Shown here piece by piece: positions 1-10,253 of a stretch of DNA of 64,000 nt; the stretch's first letter is position 1, and each line of letters starts with the position of its first letter. Both the position numbers and the translations under genes were made by a program. The notes beneath the pieces were generated by a model. That model saw only the letters and a program-made list of their open reading frames with translations, had not been told where the DNA came from and ran no database searches. This DNA comes from Pelagomonas calceolata. Taxonomy: Eukaryota. The DNA is taken from NCBI GenBank assembly GCA_918797485.1, contig CAKKNE010000004.1, forward strand, positions 3,162,001 through 3,226,000, in the 5' to 3' direction.

Positions 1-1062
1 GGTGGAGTTCTTCCAGTCAACCAGAGCGGGGCCCGAATAGATCAAGTGTGGACCTCGAGGCTTTATCACAAGCAGAGCAGAGGACCGAGGAATCGACCAA
101 TGCACAAAGAAGCGACGTGCGCGCGACCCTGGTCGCGCTCGGGGCGTTGCGAGGATTGACTGTTGTATTAGGCCTCGTCTCGTTAGCGCACGTCGCCGCG
201 TCGTTCACCGAAACCATTAAAGCCACCGCTCCCATATTTACCGTATGGACCGCTAGAGTAGTCCTGAGGCAGCGCACTTCTGGTCCTGTTGTTGCTTCAT
301 TGATCCCGGTCATGGTCGGTTTGGTTGTTTGTGCACATACAGAAGTGTCGTATGACGCGATTGGGTTTTGGGCAGCACTGGCCAACAACGCCGTCGACTG
401 CCTCCAGAACGTCCTCAGCAAGAAGATTGTGTCGACATTAGGGCCCGTGAAGCTCCAGTTCTACACATCGTTATTGGCTATTGCGTTCCAGTTGCCCATC
501 CTGGCAGCTAGAACGACGGCGAAAGCGGAAGCGCTCGTGCAGCCCTCGACGACGTTTATGTTAGATCCCCATGTGCAAGAATCAATGAAATACATCCTGG
601 TCAATGTGTGCTGCTACCACGCTCAATCGGTTTCCGCGTACCTAGACCAGCGTCTCTCATTAATATAGAGTCCGGTGACGACACCGACGAATCCGCGCTT
701 GGACCGAGCTTCACGGCCGTGAGATCACTCGTCAACCATACCTTCACTTTGACCCGAGGACTCCTTTCTTGAGATATGTGTACCCAACCATCTGTCCTCG
801 GCGCTCCTCACACGCTACGCATAGGTACTGCGTCGTCGACCGGCTCTCGCCTGTCTCCACGTCCGTCGCGAACACGCTGAAGCGCTCCTTGCTCATCTTC
901 CTGACGATTATTTATTTCGGGAACGAGATGACGGCCGAGTCGGCGGGCGGCGTCGTCGTCGTGGTCTGCGGCGTGGGGCTCTACAACTGGGCGCGCGTGC
1001 GCTACCCGGCGCCGGCGGCCGACGACGAGGTGCCGTCTGCGGGCGACAAGGACGACACGTAG
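1..1062 (+). CDS. Triose-phosphate/nucleotide-sugar transporter family (SLC35E-like); 5'-truncated, exons <1-637 and 825-1062
   Basis: SFTETIKATAPIFTV, DCLQNVLSKK, LQFYTS and LSPVSTSVANTLKRSLLI motifs. A GT-AG intron at 638-824 joins ORF 48..668 to ORF 769..1062 in frame (..SVSA|YCVVD..). The frame is open to the window start. Confidence 0.85.
638..824 (+). other. Spliceosomal intron (187 nt, GT-AG)
   Basis: gc|GTACCT...cgcatAG|gtactg restores the reading frame; GTAC occurs at both junctions. Confidence 0.8.
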
Positions 1063-1117
1063 TCGTGGTAGCTGTGAATAACGAGGTGTTGTTGTTGACT
1101 TCTCCTCGACGGCGTTC

Positions 1118-1139
1118 CTAGCGTCCGTAAGACACTAGC
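1118..1139 (+). promoter_or_regulatory. Recurrent CTAG-bounded intergenic motif
   Basis: ctagcgtccgtaagacactagc, about 80 bp upstream of the ATG at 1217. Confidence 0.6.
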
Positions 1140-1216
1140 GGCCAGCAAAAAAGTGCCAGTGGCACAGTGGGGCAGCGCCTGTGCGGCACGGGGCAGCCTT
1201 GGCGACACTGCTCAAC

Positions 1217-4200
1217 ATGAAACGCCGAAAGCGGTGGCAGGGCCGGCTCCTGCTCGTCGTCGCGGCCTGCGCCGCGCCGGTCGTGGACGCCGGCGCCGCG
1301 CTCGACGCCGCGCGGGCCGCCGCCGCGGCCAAGAAAGGGTCCGCGAAGAAAGGCCCGTCCGCCGCCGACCGCGCGCGCGCGGCCCAGGCCCGCGCCACCG
1401 GCGCCAAGCCCGCCAAGGCCGACGCGCCGCGCGCCAAGAAAGACGCGCCGCGCACGGCGACGCCCATCCAGGGCAAGCGGTCGGCGGCGGGCGAGATCGC
1501 GGCGGCCAAGGCGGCGGCGGCCAAGGCGCGCGCGGCGGCGGCGGCCGCGCCGCCGCCGCCGCCGCCGCCTCCGCCGGTAGCGGCGAAGCCCCCACCTCCG
1601 CTCGAAGCCGAGGCCGAGCCGCCCAGGAAGGGCCTCTTCGGCTTCGGTTCCAAGGCCAAGAAGGAGGAACCGCCGCCCGCCGTCGTACCGGAGACGACCG
1701 CCACGACCACGGTAAAACCAGTGGAGCCCAACGAGACCCTAACAACGACGCCTCAAGCCAAGAAAACGGGCGTCGAGACGTCGGCGAGCGTCTACAAACG
1801 ATTAGAACAGGCGAACACGTCGCAATTACTAGACCTGGTGCTCAAGGTCCCGCTCCGGTCCTTCGAGTTGGCGCACGACTCGCGGACGGGCCGAAGGCAG
1901 CTCGGTGCTTTAGGAGAAGATCTGGAGTACTTCATGCCCGAGGCCGTCAATGTGGGCCGGCGGGCCTTCCCGGACCCCGACGACCCGCGCAAGGCCATTT
2001 ACGTCGAGAATTTCGCCCACGTCGATGCCACGGTGCTGTTCATGCACTCGTTGGGTGCGACGCAAGAGTTGGCGCGGAGGCAGGAAGTCGCGGAACAGGC
2101 GCTCGTGACGCTCACGGACGCCGCGCAACGCACGCAGCAGCGGCTCGAAGTCGTGCGCAGGGCGGCGGAGGCCGAACGGGTCGCGGCCGACGCCGAGCGC
2201 AATTATACGTTGACGGAGCGGGCCGAAGCGGCTCGATTGGAAGAGCGACGTCTACTAGCGGAAGACGAAGCGGAGAAAGATGCGGTAGAAAGGCGAGGAA
2301 GAAGAGAGAACGAGACGCTCGCGGGCATCGACGACGCTACAAGAAAGCGCATCGAAGACGCCGACGCGAAGATGCGACTAAGGCAGGTGCGATCCTTAGA
2401 ATTGGAGGAGGAGACGGTAGCCCACGCCGAAGAGCTGAGGAGGCTGACCGACGAAGCGTTGGCCCGCCGCAAGCTCGAGGACGAATTGGCCATCGAGGCG
2501 CTGCGGGCCAAGGCCGAGCAGGCGCGAGCCGTGGCGGCGGAACGAGCGAAAGCGGAGATGGAAAGATTAAATGAAGATGTTAGACTGAGGGCCATGCGTG
2601 CTAGAGCGGACGAAGCCAGAAGACGATTATTGGCGGCGATCGCGTTAGCGTTCGACTACATCGCACGCGGCGCCATGACGTTGTTGGGGGAGGACCCGCG
2701 CATGCTCGCTCAATTAGTAGGTGCCGTGATCGCGTGCGTGGCGGGGGCCTACTTTTCGCGCGAGTTCGCCATATTAGCGCGGAACCTCGCCGAGGCCTAC
2801 TTCGGGCGTCCTAGATTAGTGAGAGAGACGTCGCGCGTGCGGGCCGCGCGCCTGCGCGACCTGGCCTCTTTTGTGTTCGGCAAGGCCGTGCGGGCGCCGT
2901 TGGCCGTGGTGAAGGACCGCGCGCGCGTCGCCGGCGAGGAGGGTTTGCTATGTGTACGCATCGTCGTTGATAGAACGGGCAATGGGGCATCCATCATCGG
3001 TTCCTGGCTGCGCGACGAGGGCACGACGCTGCTCGACGTCTGCCGGGCGCTCGGGCGATTTGTGAAGAACGGGGCGCTGGCCCTCGTCGAACTGCTAGGT
3101 CTGATTGCGTTCGCGGTGGCGGCGCGCTTGAAAGTGCTCGCAAAACGCATCGCGCTTCCCAAAAACCAGGCGGCGGCGCGCTTGGCGGCTTTCGACCTCC
3201 GGGCGCAGCTCGCCGGCGTCGCTTCATTTAGACGCAAGGACGCCGCGCGCATGCGGGGAGAGCGGCGCGACGGAGCCCGCAAGGCACGCATTGATGCGGC
3301 CGAGCGGCGCCACGCGCGGCTAGCGAAGCGAATCAAAACGAAGGACCGGCGCGCGGCCCGCGCGGCGGCGGCGAGAGCTTCTCGAAGAGCGCGTGTCGCC
3401 GACGCGCGCCGGGCGAGAATTGAAGAGAAGGCCGAGGCGTTGGTAAAAAGGGAGACGGATTTTCTGGAAGGCGTCGTCCTGCCGCCGGGCCTGCGGGAGC
3501 GCCTCGTGCGCCTCGCGACGGCGACGCGCAACGCGAAGCAGAACCGGAGCCCCTTCCGCCACATGCTGCTGCACGGCCCGCCGGGCACGGGCAAGACGCT
3601 CTGTGCCAAGCGTTTAGCTAAAGCGACGGGCCTGGAGTACGCGCTGATGAGTGGCGGCGACGTCGGCCCGCTCGGGCCCGAGGGCGTCACGGCGCTCCAC
3701 GCCTTATTCCGGTGGGCGCGGACGTCGACGCGAGGCGTGCTGGTGTTTATCGACGAGGCCGAGGCGTTCCTCGCGTCGCGGGCCAACGGGAGATTAACGG
3801 AGCACATGAGGAACGCGCTGAACGCGTTTTTGTATCAGACGGGCACGCAGTCGCCCCATTTTGTCTTGGTGCTGGCGACGAATCGCGCGTCGGATTTAGA
3901 TGAAGCGGTGTTAGATCGGACGGACGAGGAGATCTACGTCGGGCTGCCGGACCTACCGGGGCGGCGGACTCTAGTTAGATTGTATTACGGCATTTACTTA
4001 AGAAGGCTGGCGGAGCTGTCGACGTCTCGCTTAGCTAGATTGTGGCGCGTCATACGACGGCTGCCGGCACCGTTGAAGGTCGAAGATGGAGTGGATGAGG
4101 AAAAAACCTTCGACGCGATTGCGGACGACACGCGCGGCTTCTCGGGTAGGGAAATAGAGAAGCTGTTCGTGGCCGTGCAGGCCGTGGCTTATGGTTCGGG

Positions 4201-4729
4201 CGGCGTGTTAGATTTAGATACCTTCCTCAGTGTAGTAAGACACAAGGTGGCCGAACATAGAAACAAGGCGCTGATGAACGACGCCGGCGACGCGCGGCCG
4301 CCGTCGGCGCTCAAGAAGCCGGCGCGGTCCTGGATCACGGACGCCCAGGCCGGCTTGGACCACGAGGACTCTCCAAGTAGAGCCGAGGTCGTCTCCGTGT
4401 TTCTGGACGACGACGAGGAGTCGCTCTACGGTGATGAATCAGTGATGGGCTTCGAGTCGCCCGAAGCTAGACTGAAGAGCCCGCCGGGCTCGGACCCGCG
4501 CTTCCGGTCGCCGCGCGCGCGCCGCGTGCGGTCGCCCGAGGCGTCGCCGGGGGGGCCGCCGAACTCGAACAATCCTTTGACGCCGCCTCCACCAAAAGGC
4601 GACAGCCCGGGGCCCATGCGCGACGCGCGGCATACGCCCCGCATGGCTCTGTCGTCGCCCTTCGAGGCGGCGATCGCTAAACGAAGGGGCGAGGTCGAAT
4701 TCGCGGTCGAGGAGGATAAAAGTGTGTGA
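1217..4729 (+). CDS. ATAD3-like AAA+ ATPase with N-terminal signal peptide and Peptidase S74/ICA-like domain
   Basis: Walker A HGPPGTGKT, YALMSGGDVGPLG, Walker B VFIDEAEAFL, LNAFLYQTG, GFSGREIEKL; coiled coil + TM + GRPRLVRETSR as in ATAD3; ICA-like block at ~1781-2100. Confidence 0.85.
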   Translation: MKRRKRWQGRLLLVVAACAAPVVDAGAALDAARAAAAAKKGSAKKGPSAADRARAAQARATGAKPAKADAPRAKKDAPRTATPIQGKRSAAGEIAAAKAAAAKARAAAAAAPPPPPPPPPVAAKPPPPLEAEAEPPRKGLFGFGSKAKKEEPPPAVVPETTATTTVKPVEPNETLTTTPQAKKTGVETSASVYKRLEQANTSQLLDLVLKVPLRSFELAHDSRTGRRQLGALGEDLEYFMPEAVNVGRRAFPDPDDPRKAIYVENFAHVDATVLFMHSLGATQELARRQEVAEQALVTLTDAAQRTQQRLEVVRRAAEAERVAADAERNYTLTERAEAARLEERRLLAEDEAEKDAVERRGRRENETLAGIDDATRKRIEDADAKMRLRQVRSLELEEETVAHAEELRRLTDEALARRKLEDELAIEALRAKAEQARAVAAERAKAEMERLNEDVRLRAMRARADEARRRLLAAIALAFDYIARGAMTLLGEDPRMLAQLVGAVIACVAGAYFSREFAILARNLAEAYFGRPRLVRETSRVRAARLRDLASFVFGKAVRAPLAVVKDRARVAGEEGLLCVRIVVDRTGNGASIIGSWLRDEGTTLLDVCRALGRFVKNGALALVELLGLIAFAVAARLKVLAKRIALPKNQAAARLAAFDLRAQLAGVASFRRKDAARMRGERRDGARKARIDAAERRHARLAKRIKTKDRRAARAAAARASRRARVADARRARIEEKAEALVKRETDFLEGVVLPPGLRERLVRLATATRNAKQNRSPFRHMLLHGPPGTGKTLCAKRLAKATGLEYALMSGGDVGPLGPEGVTALHALFRWARTSTRGVLVFIDEAEAFLASRANGRLTEHMRNALNAFLYQTGTQSPHFVLVLATNRASDLDEAVLDRTDEEIYVGLPDLPGRRTLVRLYYGIYLRRLAELSTSRLARLWRVIRRLPAPLKVEDGVDEEKTFDAIADDTRGFSGREIEKLFVAVQAVAYGSGGVLDLDTFLSVVRHKVAEHRNKALMNDAGDARPPSALKKPARSWITDAQAGLDHEDSPSRAEVVSVFLDDDEESLYGDESVMGFESPEARLKSPPGSDPRFRSPRARRVRSPEASPGGPPNSNNPLTPPPPKGDSPGPMRDARHTPRMALSSPFEAAIAKRRGEVEFAVEEDKSV

Positions 4730-4731
4730 TC

Positions 4732-5082
4732 TTATAGTTCCACTCCCGCCGGACAGGCCGCTCGTGTCGGCCTCAAGACGCCATCCGCCGCGCAGCGAGG
4801 GGGCTTAAAACAACCCCACAGCGCCCGCAGGAGCGGGTGGCCCGCGAGCGCACGATCGACGCGAACTCGTCCGCCGGCAACACCGCCGAGGAGCGTGTCA
4901 AGCGGGACCGACTCGTGGGTCCTGAAGAGTTGGATCGACCGCTCGGCGGGGCAGCCGGGCAGTGACGCGTTCCAGAAAAAATCGGACCACGGCACTTTTG
5001 GCAGATCGCGAAAACAACTTACTATTAGTTGTGTAGTTTTGCGTCTCTCGATTCTCAACTCGTCGTGAGTGATATTGATCAT
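4732..5082 (-). CDS. Small hypothetical protein or gene remnant
   Basis: Protein-like ORF from the ATG at 5082; a promoter-type motif lies ~220 bp upstream at 5300. Confidence 0.3.
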   Translation of the reverse strand: MINITHDELRIERRKTTQLIVSCFRDLPKVPWSDFFWNASLPGCPAERSIQLFRTHESVPLDTLLGGVAGGRVRVDRALAGHPLLRALWGCFKPPRCAADGVLRPTRAACPAGVEL

Positions 5083-5299
5083 TTGACAGCCTCTGAGTTG
5101 CGCGCGGCCCTTTGTGTACACAGTGTAACTCCCACTGTCACTGAGTCTGTCAGCACTTGCTCAATGCTCAGTGCTCAAGGCCTTGGCCGGCTAGGGATCC
5201 CTAGCCTCCGTGGGCTTGAGCGCGTGTTCTACGGACCTTACGAGGGAACGAGATCACGCGTTACGCGCAACGCAAAGTGCCGAGTCGGCAAAGTTGCTT

Positions 5300-5323
5300 G
5301 CTAGTGTCTTACAGGCCGCTAGC
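5300..5323 (-). promoter_or_regulatory. Recurrent CTAG-bounded intergenic motif
   Basis: gctagtgtcttacaggccgctagc. Confidence 0.6.
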
Positions 5324-5375
5324 CCACGCGTCGCTCAGAGCTCACACAAACACATCGTTACGCGAAAAGACCCCA

Positions 5376-6302
5376 TCACCACCGCCAGCCGTCGTCCTTG
5401 AGCAGCGACACCTTGTTCCCGCGCTGCCCGGTCATGCGCCGCGCCTGCCGCGCCTCCAAATCCTCGAAGGCCTTCCGTGTATTCGAATCGAGGGACTTCG
5501 CCGACGCCGTGCCGTCTTCGGAAGGCAGCCGCTTCCGGATCGTGCCGCGCTGGTGCGGCTTCTGCTCCGGGGACTTGATCAGCGTCAGCTTGCGGATGGC
5601 CTTGTTGTCGAAGGCCTCGACCTCCAACATAGCACCACCTTGTAGCGCAACAGTAGACGTCGTCACGAAGGCGCTTTTAGATTTGTGGCCGCCGTAGGCG
5701 CCGCCCGCGAGGTCAAACACGTCCTGGTACTTCCGCGTGTCGCCGGCGAGCCCCTCGGAATTGATCGAGGCCTGTGGTGTTGGCGCACGTTTCGTAGAAG
5801 GGTCGTGGCGCGTCGCGAAGAAGTCCGTCGGTTGGGCGTTCCGGGGAAACTCGGCCGTGAAGAGGGGTCTGATGGTTCTTTCGCCGCCCTTCCACGTCGC
5901 GGGCCGCCAGGCCGAGCGCTTCGCTATGTCCAGATCGCGGATGCGCCGCACGATTTGCGTCGGCTTGCCGCCGCGGTCGAACTCCTCGCGCGCGTGGCCG
6001 AGGAGCCGTCGAGCTTCCAGCGCGTAGGCGTCGATGGCTTTTCTAGCGTTATCTCGGTCTCGCGACGCGTCCGCCGCGTCCAGGGACCGCAATAACCGCT
6101 GCAGCCGCCCGGCGCACCGGTCGATTGCGGGTTTGGAGGGGAGGTTCATGCGGTCCGCGACCATGCTGAACCCCTTGGCCTCCCGCAGCAACAGTTCGAG
6201 CGTGTCGCGGCGGCGGCGCCGCTCCGCCGCGTCCGCTCTCTTGAATGCCGCGACGGTCGGGTCCCGGCGCGGCGCCCGCTGGAGGGGGGGCCCCATGGAC
6301 AT
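5376..6302 (-). CDS. Hypothetical protein
   Basis: Long ORF with typical codon usage; probable ATG at 6302 (MSMGPPLQ); no domain recognised. Confidence 0.6.
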   Translation of the reverse strand: MSMGPPLQRAPRRDPTVAAFKRADAAERRRRRDTLELLLREAKGFSMVADRMNLPSKPAIDRCAGRLQRLLRSLDAADASRDRDNARKAIDAYALEARRLLGHAREEFDRGGKPTQIVRRIRDLDIAKRSAWRPATWKGGERTIRPLFTAEFPRNAQPTDFFATRHDPSTKRAPTPQASINSEGLAGDTRKYQDVFDLAGGAYGGHKSKSAFVTTSTVALQGGAMLEVEAFDNKAIRKLTLIKSPEQKPHQRGTIRKRLPSEDGTASAKSLDSNTRKAFEDLEARQARRMTGQRGNKVSLLKDDGWRW

Positions 6303-6565
6303 GGGTGCTCGCTGCCCCGCGCCGCAAGCGGTCGAAGGCGCGCTGCCCCCGAGCTGTTTTGTGCGTGCAGGCAGTGACGCCCGTCGGGAGGCGCCCCAGG
6401 GTTCGCGTGCAGGCGCTTGCAAGCCTGGAGAGCAAGCAGCGCTGATTTGGTTCGGGTTCCGCTCTTCTGGCCATGTCGGGCGATAGCTCGTGGGTTTTGC
6501 ACATGGTGGTGTACTGCAAACAAGGAGGACTTAACTATTCCGGCGCGGAGGAGGAGGAGGAGGGA

Positions 6566-7287
6566 TCACGTGGCCTTCGCCGAGCGCGTCCGCCGCGCGC
6601 GGCGGCGGCGCTGCTGCGAGGCGCGCTTCTCCGCGGCGGCCTTGAGCCGGGCGAGCTCCTCCGCCGCCGCGCGAGCCTTCGCCTCGGCCTTGGACGCGGT
6701 GCCGTCGGAGTCAGTCGACGTGCGCACCGGCACGGCGCCGAAGTTACCTGCGGGATCTATAGTCGCAACTCGATTCGCGGTATTTCGGACGCCGTGTCGA
6801 TGCCGCGCCACGCGGCCTCTTCCAAGGGATTGCGCGGCTCGAGCGTCCGGCGCGAAGCAGGCGACGGCGCGCCGGTCGACGTCCGCGGCGTCATGCCCTT
6901 GACGGTCGCGGCCTTGGCTGTCTCCACGTGTTCCCGCGCTTGCGCGATCTCGCCCTCGGCCAGGTCGAGCGCGCGGAGCGCCGCGTCCAGCGCGGAGGCG
7001 GCGCTCCGGCGGCGGACCGAGGCCTCGCGCCGGCAGCTCCGCGAGAAGTCGTCCAGCGCGTTCGCGGACGGCGGGGTCTCGGCGCGGCGCGACGACGAGC
7101 GCCCGCGCGAGTCATCACTCGGTCGCAGGGGGCTCGTCGCGCAGGGCGGCGTCGAGACCGAGAGCGCCTTGCGGCGGCGGCGCCGGCCGCCGCCGGAGCT
7201 CTTCCTTCGGGACGGCGTCGGACCAGGTGGTTGTGCGACAAAGGGCGGCGGCGTCGCGGACTCGCGTGTCGGCGGGATGACAACCAT
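6566..7287 (-). CDS. Hypothetical coiled-coil protein with a probable GC-AG intron at 6748-6833
   Basis: ORFs 6757..7287 and 6566..6811 join in frame (..LEPR|NFGAV..) using a GC donor and a cccgcAG acceptor. Confidence 0.45.
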
Positions 7288-7699
7288 CGCGTGTAGTCCG
7301 ATGTAGCGCGCGCAACGTCCGTTCAGGTGCTCACAGTTAACTCGATCTCACCGATTCTCACGCAACCGCGAGCGCTCCTCGCGCGGCGAACGTTCGAAAA
7401 CCGTCCAGAAGCGACACACCGCGACCCTCTCGTGGGCAACGCGTGACGGCCCTGGGAACCCGTTTTGATGCGAGCTTTTTTGTCGGGCGCTGAGTCGCCG
7501 CTGACGCCCCGACAAGCGTGTTAGATAGCGAGTTAAGGTCGTAGCAATACGGTAGAGACACCGCGTCAACTTGGGCGAGCGTTCAGTGCTCAAAATAGCG
7601 TATACAAGCTAACTTTGCTCCAGTGCTCCACGCTCTCTACACACTCTCTCTACACACCAGAGCCTGCTCGGCGCTCCGACCTCACCTGGACCCGTGAAG

Positions 7700-8329
7700 A
7701 TGCGAGTCCTACTATTACTGACGACTGCGTCGGCGTTGCGGCCTCTCGCCCTCGACATCCCGCGCGGCGGCATCAAAAAGCACGCCGAGAAGGCGAGCAG
7801 GCTGGCGACGGTCGGCGCGGCGTTCTTCGCCGCGACGGAGCTCTCGGAGGGCCTTCTCGCGATCGGCCACCACCACGGCCTCGCGCTCATCGCGGTCAGC
7901 AAGCTCGCACGCGGGTTGCAGCAGGCCGAGTCCGTCGCGGTGGAGTCGAGTAAGCGCCTCGGGAGACTGCTCCGAGCCCCCATCACGCTTCCGCTCGTGT
8001 GTCTCACGGCGATCGTGACCTCCGCCTGGGAGGTCTGGAAGGACGCGCGGCTCGACGCGAAGGTCGGCGGCCATCACGGCATGGTCATCCTGGCCCTCTA
8101 CGAGCTCCAGGAGGTCATCGAGGACGCCGCGGGCGAGGAATCGAGGGGCCGCTTCGGAAAAATCATCCATTTCCGTCCCCTTAAGCTCGCGCTGGCCCTC
8201 GGCGCGCTCGGCGCGGCCGGCTTGGAGCTTTCCGAGGACCTGAGGCCCGGGGCCCACCACGGCGTCGCGCTGCTCGCGGGCGTCCTCGTCGTCAAGACGT
8301 GCGTGTCCATCTGGGAGGCGCGAGAGTAA
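7700..8329 (+). CDS. Signal-peptide membrane protein with three G-x-HHG helical repeats
   Basis: MRVLLLLTTASAL leader; IGHHHGLALIA, VGGHHGMVILA, PGAHHGVALLA. Confidence 0.7.
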   Translation: MRVLLLLTTASALRPLALDIPRGGIKKHAEKASRLATVGAAFFAATELSEGLLAIGHHHGLALIAVSKLARGLQQAESVAVESSKRLGRLLRAPITLPLVCLTAIVTSAWEVWKDARLDAKVGGHHGMVILALYELQEVIEDAAGEESRGRFGKIIHFRPLKLALALGALGAAGLELSEDLRPGAHHGVALLAGVLVVKTCVSIWEARE

Positions 8330-8424
8330 TAAAATCTCATGTGCGGTTACTTCAGAGGGGCGCCGTGCCCGTCCGATAAGCGGAAGCGAGTCGAGTGTTG
8401 GTTTTGGGGGGGCGGGATATATAG

Positions 8425-9561
8425 CTAGCGTTTGCCCGGCGGCGGCATGGGCGTCGCGGGCCGTCGCGCGCCGCCGCCCATGAGCCCCGTCGGCCGGCGG
8501 TCCTGCGCCGGGCTCAGCGTGTCGATGGCTACCGCCGGCTTCAGGATGTGGAAGCTGCACATGAGCGTCTCGTCGATGGACATGATCGCGCCCGCGTTGT
8601 CGAACTCGCCGCAGTAGTTCGGCGCCGAAAACAACGTCACGAGCTGGCGCGACGCGAAGAACTCGTAGCCGTCCTCGACGACCTGGTGCGCTCTTACTAA
8701 TAAATCCAAGTCGTGCTGCTTCAGGAACTTCTCCACCACGTCGGGCCCGAACGTGTACGACACGCCCCGTTCGCTCTCCGCCCAGCCCTTCGTGTGGGGC
8801 TCGGGGTCCGCCCAGAGGAAGTCGCACATCATGCCCGCGTCGGGCACGTCCGTCGGTCTCCTTAGTGATGTTATTTGATCAAAGGTCCTCAATTCCGGAG
8901 ACAACCCGCCATGGACGCAGAAGATCTTGTCGTCCACAACCGCGGCCACGGGCATGCAGTTGAACACATCATTGAACTGCTTCCATATTTTCAAGCCGTA
9001 GGCCCGCTTGCACTCGTCGCAGAACCCGTAGATCCTATTGATCGCCGCGCACTCGTGGTTGCCCCGCAACATGAAAAACGTGTCCCGATGCTTGGCCTTA
9101 TAGCACAATAACAAGAGGACGGCCTCCAACCCCGACGGTCCTCTATCGACGTAATCACCCAAAAATAAATAATGGACATCCCGCGGCCAGCCGCACTCCT
9201 CGAAGAGCCTCAGCAGGTCTTTATACTGCCCATGGATGTCGCCCACGATCTTCAAGGGTGCTGTTAACTCAAGTAACATGGGCTGGGCCAGGAAGACCTC
9301 CTTCATCTTCCTTAATAAAGCCATGACGTCCTTCTGGGGCACGCAGGCGGCCTGCCTCCCGCTCAATCCCCCGAGCCCCATCGGCCCCGACCGCCGCGGG
9401 TGCACCGGGCCCTTCTGGTGGTCGAGCAACTTCTTGATCATCTCGTCGACCATGGCGTTGAACTCGGGCTCGTCGCCCATGGAGTCCGCGCGGCCGCGGC
9501 CGCGCGCCGGGCCGTCGGCGGCGCCGCGGCCCGGGCCGCCGCGGCGGCCCGTGGCGGCCAT
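8425..9561 (-). CDS. PP1: Ser/Thr protein phosphatase, PP1-type catalytic subunit
   Basis: [47 protein letters not shown]; start could instead be 9480. Confidence 0.95.
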   Translation of the reverse strand: MAATGRRGGPGRGAADGPARGRGRADSMGDEPEFNAMVDEMIKKLLDHQKGPVHPRRSGPMGLGGLSGRQAACVPQKDVMALLRKMKEVFLAQPMLLELTAPLKIVGDIHGQYKDLLRLFEECGWPRDVHYLFLGDYVDRGPSGLEAVLLLLCYKAKHRDTFFMLRGNHECAAINRIYGFCDECKRAYGLKIWKQFNDVFNCMPVAAVVDDKIFCVHGGLSPELRTFDQITSLRRPTDVPDAGMMCDFLWADPEPHTKGWAESERGVSYTFGPDVVEKFLKQHDLDLLVRAHQVVEDGYEFFASRQLVTLFSAPNYCGEFDNAGAIMSIDETLMCSFHILKPAVAIDTLSPAQDRRPTGLMGGGARRPATPMPPPGKR

Positions 9562-10073
9562 GGACCGAATGGTGGACGCGTGCGCGCGGCGGCGCCTCCT
9601 CCCCAAGAACCCACTGTCCTTGGATCAGGCCTACGCGGCGCCTCGCGAAACGCGAGCGGCGGGCTGCCTGGGTTTGAGCGCGAGGCCTCAACAACGTGCG
9701 GCCGCGGGGCTGCCTCCGGCCGTCGCCGCCCTCGACAGAATGCTGCGGCGGTCGGTGCGCCTGTGCAGCCTGGCGTTTGCGTCGCGGGCGCTACTATTTA
9801 TCGAACGCGGCGGATGCTGGCTTTGCCCGCAGACCCCCCCCTTTTGGCCGCTATATGACGGGCGCGGCGCGGTTTCCAAGTGGGATGCGGCCCGACGCCT
9901 CGGGGGGACGCCTCGGGCGCCCGGCGTCGGCGGGGCAGCCATCGACCGGCGCGCGCGGGGTTGTCCCCCTGCCCTCTTCTCGACAGGCGCGGACGCCGTA
10001 TCCTTTTTTTAGGTCTTCCTTTCGGGAGGTGTTGCGCGGGACGGGTGTTTTATATATGCCTGGTTTTCGGCTT

Positions 10074-10099
10074 GCTAGTGTCTTACAGGTCACGCTAGC
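10074..10099 (-). promoter_or_regulatory. Recurrent CTAG-bounded intergenic motif
   Basis: gctagtgtcttacaggtcacgctagc between the divergent PP1 and OTU genes. Confidence 0.6.
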
Positions 10100-10253
10100 T
10101 AACCTGCATTTCCTAGAAGAGCGGCCTGGTACACACAGCCTGCCTGCTGCTTTTGCCATTTCGTACGTTCAGCACGGAGCCTTGCATCAATTACTCCGAA
10201 TTTCGGCTGCAGCCAGGTCGCAAGAGGTGCTCTCCAGCAGCTACAGACCAGCC

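Noticed and set aside
1153..2574. 473-aa Arg/Gly-rich ORF and many similar long overlapping or antisense ORFs across the window
   Set aside because: Shadow frames of high-GC coding DNA with no motifs; the recognisable protein is in another frame.
9696..10253. N-terminal ORF extensions (also 46227-46793, 25359-25439, 54516-54791)
   Set aside because: They run through promoter/UTR sequence from non-ATG or upstream starts; conserved domains or presequences begin at the downstream ATG.
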